Shown here: piece by piece, positions 9,601 to 19,172 of the stretch
How positions within the stretch are numbered: the stretch's first letter is position 1
Layout of the letters: every line of letters begins with the position of its first letter
From: an uncultured delta proteobacterium
Lineage (GTDB): Bacteria > Desulfobacterota > Binatia > Binatales > Binataceae
Length of the DNA: 64,000 bases
Direction of reading: 5' to 3'
NCBI GenBank assembly: GCA_963813785.1
Contig: CAWFAJ010000010.1
Location: 86,475-150,474, forward strand
Notes under the pieces: generated by a model
Seen by the model: only the letters and a program-made list of their open reading frames with translations
The model's database searches: none
Told to the model about the DNA's origin: nothing
Program-made: the position numbers and the translations under genes

Positions 9601-11445
9601 ATGGCAGTGGCGGACATCGAAAAACAAACAGAGCTAGCGTACGGCGAAAGTGAGGATCGCTTCGCGCTGCTATCGGTTGCCGCACCGGTTTGCGCACTGA
9701 TCATCGCTACCGGCGCATTGTACCTGGGCAGATCGGTCCTGTTTCCGCTGACGATTGCACTGATTCTGAGCGTGGTCTTCAGTCCGGTCGCAACCCGGCT
9801 CGAGCGATACTTCGGGCGCCTGATAAGCGCCGCACTAGTAGTACTAGTGGTAATCGGCGCAATTGCGGCGACTGCGTATTTTCTGACTATTGAACTGACT
9901 ACCGTTGCCGACCAGGTCGCTGGATACTCGGACAATATCGGAAACAAATTGGCGTCGCTTGAAAAAATCGCGCCCCCATGGCTCCAGCATATCAAGGACG
10001 CGGTATCCGACGTTCAGCGTCGCATAGCAAGCACCAATCCGGCGCCCCGCCAGCCGCGAGAAGTGATGGCTCTTCCGGTTCCAACCTCTCTTAGCGACAG
10101 CTTGAAGCCGGTTGTTCCGATCGTCGATGGCATGCTCAAGACGCTGCTCATCATCATGCTGCTGTTTTTTCTGCTTTACAGCCGAAAGGATTTGCGCGAT
10201 CGATTTGTCCGGCTGGCGGCACGGGGAAGAATTCCGATCGCAGCGCAAGCGATAGACACCGCAGGCCACACCGTCGGCCGCTACCTGCTGCTCTTTTCGG
10301 CGATCAATCTTGCCTACGGCGTCGCCGCCGGAACCGTGGCCTGGTTTATCGGACTGCCGAGTGCTCCGCTGTGGGGTCTGCTCGCATTCCTGTTACGATT
10401 CATTCCATATGTCGGCGCGATCAGCTCGGCGCTGCTGCCCGCGCTGGTCGCTTTTGCATTGTTTCCCGGATGGAGCAAAGCGCTCGAGATACTTGGCGCC
10501 TTTGTGATTATCGACCAGGTTGCGGCGCAGTTTGCGGAGCCATTTATCATCGGCCGTGGGATTGGCGTCTCTCCGGTGGCGCTGCTGATATCCGCGATGT
10601 ACTGGTATTGGCTGTGGGGAATACCCGGGCTGCTGCTATCGACGCCGTTGACCGCTTGTCTTAAGGTTGCGGGCGACTTTATCCCGCCGCTGGGGTTTCT
10701 CTCGATTCTGCTCGGCGCGGACCGAGGACTCGACGACTATCACGACTTCTACCGCTTGCTGCTTGAACTCAACCCGTCAGGAGCGAGAGAAGTTGCGATC
10801 CGCCATTGCGATGAGAATGGGCTGGAGGGAACTTTTGACGACGTGATTGAGCCGGCGCTGGTGCTGATGGGTGAGGAGCGCGCGGACGGCCATATCAGTG
10901 ACGAGAATCAGCAGCTCATCATCGATACAACCCATCAACTGATTGCTGAACTTGGAAACAGGTTCATCAAATCCCGCATTTCACCGAGCGTGCGAGTACT
11001 GGGCGTGTTGGCGCCAGGCGAGATGCACTTTCTGGGATTGTTGATATTGCTCGAGCTGCTGCGCAAAGAGGGCGTGATCGCAACCTTTGCCGGCGAGAAT
11101 AAATCACCGGAGGAGATTTGCGATCTGGTCAAACGGTTCATGCCGGACTTCGTCTTCGTCTCGTGCGTAACCGCCGACTGTTTGCCAGCCGCGCTGGAAC
11201 TGGTGGCGGCTTTACGATCCGTCTCGTCTCGCGTAACGATCATTGCAGGCGGCGAGGCAGCGTTGCACCAGTTGACCGAGCTCATAAATGCGGGATGCTC
11301 GCAGATCTGCGCCAACCCCAACGAAGCCCGGCGCGCGGTCCGGCGCTTCATTCTCCAACGCGCAAAATCCCGGCTTGCCTTCGGAGCGCTCCTGCCACGA
11401 CGCTATGCACGCGCGGCGCTACCCGCATCCGAAAAAGCAAAATGA
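9601..11445 (+). CDS. AI-2E family transporter fused to C-terminal cap + cobalamin-binding domain
   Basis: AI-2E motifs LRFIPYVG, EPFIIG..GVSP, WLWGIPGLLLSTPLT; C-terminal VIEPALVLMGE and PGEMHFLG...PDFVFVS...IIAGG; start uncertain (9541-9601). Confidence 0.85.
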   Translation: MAVADIEKQTELAYGESEDRFALLSVAAPVCALIIATGALYLGRSVLFPLTIALILSVVFSPVATRLERYFGRLISAALVVLVVIGAIAATAYFLTIELTTVADQVAGYSDNIGNKLASLEKIAPPWLQHIKDAVSDVQRRIASTNPAPRQPREVMALPVPTSLSDSLKPVVPIVDGMLKTLLIIMLLFFLLYSRKDLRDRFVRLAARGRIPIAAQAIDTAGHTVGRYLLLFSAINLAYGVAAGTVAWFIGLPSAPLWGLLAFLLRFIPYVGAISSALLPALVAFALFPGWSKALEILGAFVIIDQVAAQFAEPFIIGRGIGVSPVALLISAMYWYWLWGIPGLLLSTPLTACLKVAGDFIPPLGFLSILLGADRGLDDYHDFYRLLLELNPSGAREVAIRHCDENGLEGTFDDVIEPALVLMGEERADGHISDENQQLIIDTTHQLIAELGNRFIKSRISPSVRVLGVLAPGEMHFLGLLILLELLRKEGVIATFAGENKSPEEICDLVKRFMPDFVFVSCVTADCLPAALELVAALRSVSSRVTIIAGGEAALHQLTELINAGCSQICANPNEARRAVRRFILQRAKSRLAFGALLPRRYARAALPASEKAK

Positions 11446-11446
11446 T

Positions 11447-12088
11447 CTAGAAGCCTGGACGAAGCGCGTCTTGGGCAATCCGCTCGGGCGGAGGCGGGAA
11501 GCATGGCAGCGTGCTGGTGACCACGTAATGGTAATAGTTCCCGTTCCACGTGAACGTTCCGGCCGGTTTGCCAAAATTCGAAGCCATCGCGGCAAACCGA
11601 TCGGCGTCGGCTACCGAGATGAATTGCGAGGGCGTAAACGCCATAAAGTTGCTCGCCGTCTCGGGAACCACTGCGCCCAGCGGCGGCGAGAAATTCATCT
11701 GAAGAAAATTAACCGCCGGCCGCCAACCATCGGTCGTCGTTTCACTGTCCGCTATCGGTATCCATTGCCACTCGTCGAGCGAATCGCTAAGCCGCAACTC
11801 ACGATACTCGGGCGTGCCGGCAGTACTCCTTCGCAACTCGATCACGCCCGGAACTTCGGCTTCGAGCTGGTCACATCTGTCAGCGCTATTCATTGCACGG
11901 TCACGCGCGTCTGCTTCCTGCTTTGCGCGACCGGCCCCTGGATGCCTACTCGCGCTCACGCTCGAGCCAATACCCGCCGTCAGTTCAATTGCACCAGCGC
12001 CGACCTCCTCGGCGGCGCTAGCCATGATGGGCGCGAATTGAGCCGCTGCCATCCAGCATCCGCTGACCCCAACTGCGACCGCAGTCAC
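11447..12088 (-). CDS. Putative lipoprotein, hypothetical
   Basis: Lipobox-like VSGC after a hydrophobic stretch; frame stays open upstream (LRRQFCSSLVAILVTAVAVGVSGC), so true start may be CTG at 12127. Confidence 0.6.
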   Translation of the reverse strand: MTAVAVGVSGCWMAAAQFAPIMASAAEEVGAGAIELTAGIGSSVSASRHPGAGRAKQEADARDRAMNSADRCDQLEAEVPGVIELRRSTAGTPEYRELRLSDSLDEWQWIPIADSETTTDGWRPAVNFLQMNFSPPLGAVVPETASNFMAFTPSQFISVADADRFAAMASNFGKPAGTFTWNGNYYHYVVTSTLPCFPPPPERIAQDALRPGF

Positions 12089-12326
12089 GAGTATCGCAAC
12101 GAGCGATGAGCAGAATTGTCGCCTCAGGTGATCGATAAAACCCCCGACCCGGACCGTCAGCGCACCAATGAACTTCTCAAGGACGGACGCCGTCCTCCGG
12201 TCGCGGTTAGCCTAGCAGAAATTGCGAAATATAAATGCCGGGGAAAGCATCGCGCAGATCGGTCTCGTAGATAGCGAGTCGCCGCTGATTAGGCGAATCG
12301 CGCGCCCGCAATGATCCGGTATTCGA

Positions 12327-12442
12327 GAAAAAGAACGGCCGGGCTACGAGTGGGGACCGTGGTGGGGAGCCTACGGTTCAAGTAGCCCGGCCTGCTTGGG
12401 AACAGACGCTGTTCGTCTCGGGGGAGGAGATTATCAGCGTAA
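12327..12442 (-). ncRNA. Candidate sigma54-dependent small RNA with C-rich loops
   Basis: Lies between a sigma54 motif (12453-12469) and an 11-bp perfect stem GGCCGGGCTAC/GTAGCCCGGCC followed by GTTCTTTTTC; CUCCCC in two loops; no credible ORF. Confidence 0.6.
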
Positions 12443-12452
12443 CAGGAGTTGG

Positions 12453-12469
12453 AGCAAAGTTTGTGCCGA
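12453..12469 (-). promoter_or_regulatory. sigma54 (-24/-12) promoter
   Basis: Minus strand TCGGCACAAACTTTGCT = GG-N10-GC with GGCAC and TTGCT, close to consensus TGGCAC-N5-TTGCW. Confidence 0.7.
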
Positions 12470-12840
12470 GAAAAAACCTAGGCAAAATCAAGGCATCGCA
12501 GTCAGATTTTTTCTCTTTCTGCGACTGGGAACATCCGAAAGTCTCGAATTCAACCACTTTTCCGGCCAAAAGCGCGAGTTTTGCAAGTTGCGACCTCACC
12601 ACCGGATGCGATCCCAAAATTCGCATCTCACGTATGTAATCCGGCGGATTGCGCTAGGAAGACTGCGCCGGGCGCAGTGCTGATCATGCGTGGATGGAGA
12701 TTAAACGCCGGGACCGACATGAGGCGCTCGACAAGACGGCGCTCGGAATTCAAGCTGCCGCCATCGACAGGATCGTGTGCCGCGCGGGCTGTCTCACGAA
12801 TAGATTTGGTGAACAAAACCGAGATGCGAACGATCATCGG

Positions 12841-12869
12841 TTGAGAGCCGATCGTCGGTGTGTTACTTC
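12841..12869 (+). promoter_or_regulatory. Possible sigma70 promoter of tRNA operon
   Basis: TTGAGA-17 nt-TACTTC ending 10 nt before tRNA-Pro; -10 element weak. Confidence 0.3.
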
Positions 12870-12878
12870 CTAAGGGCT

Positions 12879-12952
12879 CGGGGCGTAGCGCAGCTTGGTA
12901 GCGCACCTGCCTTGGGAGCAGGGGGTCGGCCGTTCAAATCGGCTCGCCCCGA
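12879..12952 (+). tRNA. tRNA-Pro(TGG)
   Basis: CGGGGCG acceptor, anticodon arm CCTGC-CTTGGGA-GCAGG, GTTCAAATC T-loop; CCA not encoded. Confidence 0.97.
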
Positions 12953-12954
12953 TC

Positions 12955-13031
<77 letters not shown>

Positions 13032-13091
13032 CGGAGGCGAATTCTGAATCGGCGGCTCGATGCGCCGGGCGGATTGAAACAGAGCGAGAGT

Positions 13092-13168
13092 GGTGAGTGT
13101 AGCTCAGTTGGCAGAGCATCGGATTGTGGCTCCGGCGGTCGAGGGTTCAAATCCCTTCACTCACCCCA
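13092..13168 (+). tRNA. tRNA-His(GTG)
   Basis: G-1, GTGAGTG acceptor, TCGGA-TTGTGGC-TCCGG, C discriminator + CCA. Confidence 0.97.
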
Positions 13169-13201
13169 AACATCCTGCTACGTAAGCGTGGTTTCGACGG
13201 T

Positions 13202-13277
<76 letters not shown>

Positions 13278-13311
13278 AAAAACCCGGAAACAATCCATAG
13301 TCGCGGCTGCT

Positions 13312-14346
13312 TCAGTGCGCGATTTTCTCTCGGGCACTTAGGCGGTACACGAACACGAAATAGACCGCGACCAGCGCCATGCCGGGGATGAACCAGTAAA
13401 GGCCCACGGTAAGGCCGTAGGATCCGGCGGCGCTGTTGGAAACCGCAAGCCCCGCGGCCGCCTCGGTACTCGAGGGCAAAAGGTACGGATAGAGGCCGAA
13501 CGCCGCGCTGGTGAGCATCCCGACGATGTACAGGCAGGAGGCGAGAAACGCCGCCATCGGCCGCCCGGCGCCATTCAACAGTTTCATCCCGAACATCCCG
13601 GTTGCCGCGGCGAGCGGAAAGACGAATCCCCACGGGGCGTCCGCGAAGCGGTGGCCGAGGTGCGGCTGGACCAGGGGAACGATGATCACCAGGAGCGCGG
13701 TGATGACCAGCACCGCCCACCACGCGACCTCGGCGGCTTGGTGGGCGCGTGCCGCGACGGCACCCTCGGTCTTCATCGCGACCCACAACGCTCCGTGCAC
13801 GGTGAGCGCCGCGAAGCTTCCGAGTGCGACGATTATCGTGAACCAGTCGAGGATCCCGGCCGTGGGCATCAGGCGCAGGTTGGCCCACAGCGGCAGGAAG
13901 AAGAAGCCCGAGTGGTCAAGCGGAACGCCGCGTACGACGTTGCCGATCGCGGCGCCGAAGAAGATCGCGAGCATCGCGCTTGCGGCGGCGAACACCACGT
14001 CCCACAACGGATACCACACCAGGCTCGAGACCTTGTTGCGAAACTCGATCGCGATGCCGCGCAGGATGAGGAGCCAGAGCACGATTATGAGCGGCAGATA
14101 AAATCCCTGGAAGCCCGAGGCATAAACCGCGGGGAAGGCGAAAAACAGGATACCGCCGCCGGCCACCAGCCAGACCTCGTTGCCGTCCCATACGGGGCCC
14201 ACCGAGGCCAGCACCAAGCGGCGTTCGGCCTCGGAGCGCGCGACGAAAAGATGGACGATGCCGGCGCCGAGATCGAACCCGTCGAACACGGCATAGCCGG
14301 CGATCATTATCGCCACCAGGCAGAACCAGAGCGTTTCCGTATGCAC
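13312..14346 (-). CDS. cydB: Cytochrome bd ubiquinol oxidase subunit II
   Basis: DGFDLGAG, GPVWDGNEVWL, LRGIAIEFR; real start near 14340-14346 after AGGAGG (ORF-track N-terminal extension overlaps cydA). Confidence 0.95.
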   Translation of the reverse strand: MHTETLWFCLVAIMIAGYAVFDGFDLGAGIVHLFVARSEAERRLVLASVGPVWDGNEVWLVAGGGILFFAFPAVYASGFQGFYLPLIIVLWLLILRGIAIEFRNKVSSLVWYPLWDVVFAAASAMLAIFFGAAIGNVVRGVPLDHSGFFFLPLWANLRLMPTAGILDWFTIIVALGSFAALTVHGALWVAMKTEGAVAARAHQAAEVAWWAVLVITALLVIIVPLVQPHLGHRFADAPWGFVFPLAAATGMFGMKLLNGAGRPMAAFLASCLYIVGMLTSAAFGLYPYLLPSSTEAAAGLAVSNSAAGSYGLTVGLYWFIPGMALVAVYFVFVYRLSAREKIAH

Positions 14347-14351
14347 CTCCT

Positions 14352-15722
14352 TCAATCGGCCGCGAGCGCCGACCCGCTTTCGCCAGCCGCACCGTGCTCG
14401 TCCGCCGCAGCCTCGGGTCCGCGCTGCACTTCGAGATAGAGCAGGAACAGGAACAGGACCGCGAGCAGGCTGTACATTCCGGCAAAGCCTATCAAGGTGA
14501 ACATCGCGTTGCCCGCGGAAACCTCGATCGAGCTGCCGACGGCGGTCCGCATTAGCCCATAGACCACCCATGGTTGTCGCCCGACCTCCGCGGTTAACCA
14601 TCCAGCGGTCGTTGCAATATAGGGAAACGGCGCGAGCAGCATCAGCGCCCATAGCATTAGTGGCGTATCGTAAAGCCGCCCGCGCCAGAGCATATAAGCC
14701 GCAAGCGCGAGCACCCCGACAAAGGTTGTGCCGAGGCCCGCCATGATGTGGTAGGCGAAGTAAAGCAGCGGGATGTTGTCGGGCCAGCGGTCCTCGGGAA
14801 AGGCGTCGAGCCCTTTCACCTCGGCCTTCCATCGCCGGAAGGTAAGAAAGCTCAGCAGCCGCGGCAGATAGATAGGATTGTCGAGCTTCTTCTCGGTCAT
14901 GTTGGGCTGCCCTACCAGCATGAGCGGCGCGCCGCGTTCGTTGGTGAAGAGTCCTTCCATAGCAGCCAGCGTAACCGGCTGGTCATAAGCGATGTTCCTG
15001 CCCTGGGCGTCTCCGGTCGGGAAAATCATCAGGCATGAGGCTATGAGCCCCGCCGTCACCCCCATCGCGACGAATATCCGTGCGTACTCGAGGTGCTGGC
15101 GGGTAAGCAGGTAGAAGGCGCCGAGCGCCGCCATCACCACGCTGGCAGTCACCACCGATGCGGTCATGGTGTGCATATACTGCCACCAGGCCCATTGATT
15201 CATAAGCAACGCCCAGAAGCTTGACAGCGCGAAGCGGCCATCAGGCAAAAGCTGGTAGCCGACCGGATGCTGCATCCAGGCGTTGGTCGCGATGATGAAG
15301 AAGCCGGAAAGCCATGCGCCGAGGAACACGAGGAAGGCGCTGAGCCAATGCAGGCGGGGCCCAAGCCGCCTTTCCCCGAACAGGAAGGCGCCGAGAAAGC
15401 TCGATTCAAGGAAAAACGAAAACACTCCCTCCATCGCGAGCGTCTGGCCGATGACACCGCCTGTGGCGCGCGAAAAAAGCGCCCAGTTGGTGCCGAACTG
15501 AAACTCCATCGGGATCCCGGTGACCACTCCCATCGCGAAATTGATCCCGAAGATACGGCCCCAGAAGCGGGCGGCGTGGTTGTAACACTCCTTGCCCGTT
15601 CTCAGCGCTTGAGTCTTCAGGATGACCAGCAACAGCGCCAGGCCCATCGTGAGCTGGGGAAACAGATAGTGGAACACTGCGGTAAACGCGAAGTGCAGGC
15701 GATGAACCGTAACTGCGTCCAT
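14352..15722 (-). CDS. cydA: Cytochrome bd ubiquinol oxidase subunit I
   Basis: HYLFPQLTMG, GVVTGIPMEFQFGTNW, NAWMQHP, QPVTLAAMEG, GWLTAEVGRQPW. Confidence 0.97.
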   Translation of the reverse strand: MDAVTVHRLHFAFTAVFHYLFPQLTMGLALLLVILKTQALRTGKECYNHAARFWGRIFGINFAMGVVTGIPMEFQFGTNWALFSRATGGVIGQTLAMEGVFSFFLESSFLGAFLFGERRLGPRLHWLSAFLVFLGAWLSGFFIIATNAWMQHPVGYQLLPDGRFALSSFWALLMNQWAWWQYMHTMTASVVTASVVMAALGAFYLLTRQHLEYARIFVAMGVTAGLIASCLMIFPTGDAQGRNIAYDQPVTLAAMEGLFTNERGAPLMLVGQPNMTEKKLDNPIYLPRLLSFLTFRRWKAEVKGLDAFPEDRWPDNIPLLYFAYHIMAGLGTTFVGVLALAAYMLWRGRLYDTPLMLWALMLLAPFPYIATTAGWLTAEVGRQPWVVYGLMRTAVGSSIEVSAGNAMFTLIGFAGMYSLLAVLFLFLLYLEVQRGPEAAADEHGAAGESGSALAAD

Positions 15723-16139
15723 CAGTTGTTCTTCCTCCCGGCTAGTTCACTCGGGCCCGGCAAGCGGCATGCGCCTGCGGGGGTGAATGGCTGTGCAGCG
15801 CAGAATATCTCCAATCACTACTACAGAAACGATTCAAGGACCATGAACGATTAACGCCACAGGCGGCACATCACGAGAGCAAAGATTTTTAACGAATGCG
15901 ACGCCGTTCCCAGCAAACAGGACGCTTGCTCTCTGCACTCAGGACCCTCAGCTGGATTTCGGACAGCGCCCAGCGGAGTTTGCTCCTCCGCTTCCCGCTT
16001 GAAGAGAGTCCGGTGGCGCATGGTGCCCGTGGCTCATCGGTGCTGCTGTTCTCCTACGGTCCGGATGCCGCCGAAGAGCCATGGCCAACGCCCGCTATGC
16101 TGCAGCTTTCCGTGTGTTACGTCCACCAGCTCGATGGGT

Positions 16140-16247
16140 TTCCGACCACACTGACTTTGGGACCATCTTGTGCACGCGCACCACGAACACATCCTCATAG
16201 TGCGACCGGTTGAAGATCACGACTTGTCCGTTGCCCGGCGTGTGGCG
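16140..16247 (-). pseudogene. Polyphosphate kinase 2 (PPK2) internal fragment
   Basis: Translates [36 protein letters not shown], the PPK2 class [12 protein letters not shown] signature; only ~36 codons, no start. Confidence 0.8.
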
Positions 16248-16492
16248 TTGGAGGAGTCAGCCTTCGGAGCCTCTGCGGAAGCTGATGCCTCTGCCTTTTG
16301 CCAGTCGCCGAGCGCACTTCCGGGTCCACCATCGCGTGCCTGGAATATCTCGTAGGCGCGCTTGCGAGTCTCATCCACGCTGGGCTTCGATTCATTGGAT
16401 TTCGGAACACTGGCTTTGGACTCGGCTTGCGCAGAGTCTTTTGAATCGTTTACGTCCTTCGCATCTTCTGGGGAACTCTTATCAGCAGCCAT
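16217..16492 (-). CDS. DUF2934-like small protein (3' end runs into PPK2 relic)
   Basis: [28 protein letters not shown] matches the DUF2934 pattern. Confidence 0.7.
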   Translation of the reverse strand: MAADKSSPEDAKDVNDSKDSAQAESKASVPKSNESKPSVDETRKRAYEIFQARDGGPGSALGDWQKAEASASAEAPKADSSNATRRATDKS

Positions 16493-16495
16493 CTT

Positions 16496-16747
16496 TTAAC
16501 TCCTGCCAGATTCCTTCCATACAGCGCCGACTGACCTTGGTCGCGCGCTCTGCGGTGGCCTGCGAGGCCGCCACGCCAGGTCATCGCTCATCACATAGGT
16601 AAGCAGGGCCACAAGCATCAAACTCACGGCGACCCACAAGCGCCAATCATGATGCGCATGTTTCCAGTACGGACGATGGAAGCCATGAGGAACACTGTCG
16701 CTATCCTGACCTTCGTGCGGGTGGTGACTGTGCTTCGTCTTATTCAT
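16496..16747 (-). CDS. Small His-rich single-TM hypothetical protein
   Basis: [12 protein letters not shown]...[26 protein letters not shown]; start re-assigned to ATG 16747 overlapping xfp end. Confidence 0.6.
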   Translation of the reverse strand: MNKTKHSHHPHEGQDSDSVPHGFHRPYWKHAHHDWRLWVAVSLMLVALLTYVMSDDLAWRPRRPPQSARPRSVGAVWKESGRS

Positions 16748-19169
16748 CAATTGCCTGCCTTCCCGATCCCATCCCGAATGATCTCGGGTCGGCGTTGTTA
16801 CTGCTCGGCTGCTTCCACTTCCAGTTACGGATTTCCGGCAAGTCCTGGCCGTGTTTGTCAATGTACTGCTTGTGCTCGATGAGCTTGTCCTGCATCATCT
16901 GCTTCAGATAGGAGCCCTTGGCGCCCAGATGTGGCAGGCGATCCACCACGTCTTGCACCAAGTGAAATCGGTCAAGGTCGTTCTGCACCCTGATGTCAAA
17001 GGCGGTCGTGATGGTGCCCTCTTCCTTGTAGCCCCGGACGTGCAAGTTGCGGTTGTTGCGCCGGTAGGCCAGCCGGTGGACCAGCCAGGGGTATCCATGG
17101 AAGCCAAAGATGATGTGCTTGTCTTTGGTGAAGAGCGAGTCATAATCCTTATCACTAAGCCCATGCGGGTGTTCCGTGCTGGGCTGAAGCTTCATTAGAT
17201 CGACGACATTGATCACTCGGATTTTCAGCTCGGGCAGATGCTCGCGAAGGATGGAAACGGCAGCCAGGATCTCGAGCGTGGGCGTATCTCCGCAACACGC
17301 CATCACCACGTCGGGCTCGGCGCCCTGATCGTTGCTGGCCCATTGCCAGATGCCAATTCCTTCCGTGCAATGCACGACCGCCGCATCCATGGTCAGCCAT
17401 TGCGGCAGTGCATGTTTGCCTGCAACCACCACGTTGACGTAATGCCGGCTGCGCAGGCAGTGATCGAAGACCGACAGCAAGCAATTGGCATCGGGCGGCA
17501 GGTAGACGCGTACGATATCGGCCTTCTTGTTGATGACGTGGTCGAGAAAACCGGGATCCTGGTGCGTGAAGCCATTGTGATCCTGCTGCCAGACGTGGGA
17601 GGCCAGCAGATAGTTCAGAGACGAGATCTTCCGGCGCCAAGGGAGTTCCAACGTCACCTTCAGCCACTTGGCGTGCTGGTTGAACATCGAGTCGACGATA
17701 TGAATAAAGGCCTCGTAGCAGTTGAACAAGCCATGCCGTCCGGTCAGTAGATATCCTTCCAACCAACCTTCGCACTGATGCTCGCTAAGCATCGAGTCCA
17801 GCACGCGTCCGGCGGGCGCAAGGAATTCATCATTCTTAACTTCCCGGGCGTCCCACTGACGGTCGGTGACTTCAAAAACCGCGCCCAGGAGATTCGAGAG
17901 CGTCTCATCGGGACCGAAGACCCGGAAATTGCGCTGGTCCTGATTCAGTTTGGCCACGTCACGCAAAAACTTGCCCAGCACCAGCGTATCCTGGCCGTTG
18001 ACGGCGCCGGGCGAAGGCACCTTCACCGCGTGATCATGGAAGTCCGGCATTCGCAGGTCGCGCAACAGAATGCCGCCGTTGGCGTGTGGATTGGCGCCCA
18101 TCCGCCGCTCGCCCTTGGGCGCCAGTTCGGCTAATTCCGGCATGAGTCGGCCGTGCTCATCGAATAGCTCCTCGGCCTTGTAGCTCTTCATCCAGCTTTC
18201 AAGCAGCTTGACATGGTCGGGATGCTCGGGGTCCACCAGGAGCGGCACCTGGTGCGATCGGAAGGTGCCCTCGATTTGCAGACCGTCGACGACTTTCGGT
18301 CCCGTCCAGCCCTTGGGTGACTTAAGGACGATCATTGGCCAGCGCCGCCGAGTGGTGTCGTTCTTGTTGCGCGCATTGCTTTGGATTTGCCGAATGTCTT
18401 CGATGACCTCTTCCAAAGTACCGGCCATGAGTTGATGCATCTTTCCCGGCTCATCACCTTCCACAAAGTAGGGCGTCCAGCCGCAGCCACGTAGGAATTG
18501 CTCCAACTCCTCATGCTCGATGCGCGCGAGCAAGGTCGGGTTGCTGATCTTGTAGCCATTGAGGTGCAGGATCGGCAGCACGGCTCCGTCGGTAATTGGG
18601 TTGAGAAATTTGTTGGACTGCCATGCAGTCGCCAGCGGACCTGTTTCCGCCTCACCGTCGCCGATGATGCAGGCGACGATCAGATCGGGATTGTCGAACG
18701 CGGCCCCGAAGGCATGGCTGAGCGAGTAGCCCAGCTCGCCACCTTCGTGAATCGAGCCCGGCGTCGTCGGCGCGACATGGCTGGAAATCCCGCCGGGAAA
18801 CGAGAATTGCTTGAACAGCTTTTTCATCCCGGCTTCGTCCTGGCTGACGTTCGGATAAATCTCACTATAGGTGCCTTCGAGGTAAGTGTTACCCACCAGC
18901 GCCGGGCCGCCGTGCCCGGGACCGGCGATATAGAACATATCCAGGTCATATTTCTTGATGACCCGGTTCAGGTGCACATAGATGAAGTTCTGGCCGGGCG
19001 TCGTGCCCCAGTGTCCGACCACCAGCGGCTTCACGTGCGATAGTTTCAGCGGCTCCTTCAGCAGCGGATTGTCGTAGAGATAAATCTGGCCGACCGACAG
19101 ATAGTTGGCGGCGCGCCAGTATGCATCAATCTTGTGGAGCAGTTCCGGGGAAAGAGTTGTCGTCTTCAT
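16740..19169 (-). CDS. xfp: Xylulose-5-P/fructose-6-P phosphoketolase
   Basis: [18 protein letters not shown] motif [27 protein letters not shown]. Confidence 0.97.
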   Translation of the reverse strand: MKTTTLSPELLHKIDAYWRAANYLSVGQIYLYDNPLLKEPLKLSHVKPLVVGHWGTTPGQNFIYVHLNRVIKKYDLDMFYIAGPGHGGPALVGNTYLEGTYSEIYPNVSQDEAGMKKLFKQFSFPGGISSHVAPTTPGSIHEGGELGYSLSHAFGAAFDNPDLIVACIIGDGEAETGPLATAWQSNKFLNPITDGAVLPILHLNGYKISNPTLLARIEHEELEQFLRGCGWTPYFVEGDEPGKMHQLMAGTLEEVIEDIRQIQSNARNKNDTTRRRWPMIVLKSPKGWTGPKVVDGLQIEGTFRSHQVPLLVDPEHPDHVKLLESWMKSYKAEELFDEHGRLMPELAELAPKGERRMGANPHANGGILLRDLRMPDFHDHAVKVPSPGAVNGQDTLVLGKFLRDVAKLNQDQRNFRVFGPDETLSNLLGAVFEVTDRQWDAREVKNDEFLAPAGRVLDSMLSEHQCEGWLEGYLLTGRHGLFNCYEAFIHIVDSMFNQHAKWLKVTLELPWRRKISSLNYLLASHVWQQDHNGFTHQDPGFLDHVINKKADIVRVYLPPDANCLLSVFDHCLRSRHYVNVVVAGKHALPQWLTMDAAVVHCTEGIGIWQWASNDQGAEPDVVMACCGDTPTLEILAAVSILREHLPELKIRVINVVDLMKLQPSTEHPHGLSDKDYDSLFTKDKHIIFGFHGYPWLVHRLAYRRNNRNLHVRGYKEEGTITTAFDIRVQNDLDRFHLVQDVVDRLPHLGAKGSYLKQMMQDKLIEHKQYIDKHGQDLPEIRNWKWKQPSSNNADPRSFGMGSGRQAIDE

Positions 19170-19172
19170 GGT

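Noticed and set aside
14347-14832. 506-aa N-terminally extended CydB in the ORF track
   Set aside because: Extension overlaps cydA in another frame; RBS and homology begin at ~14340
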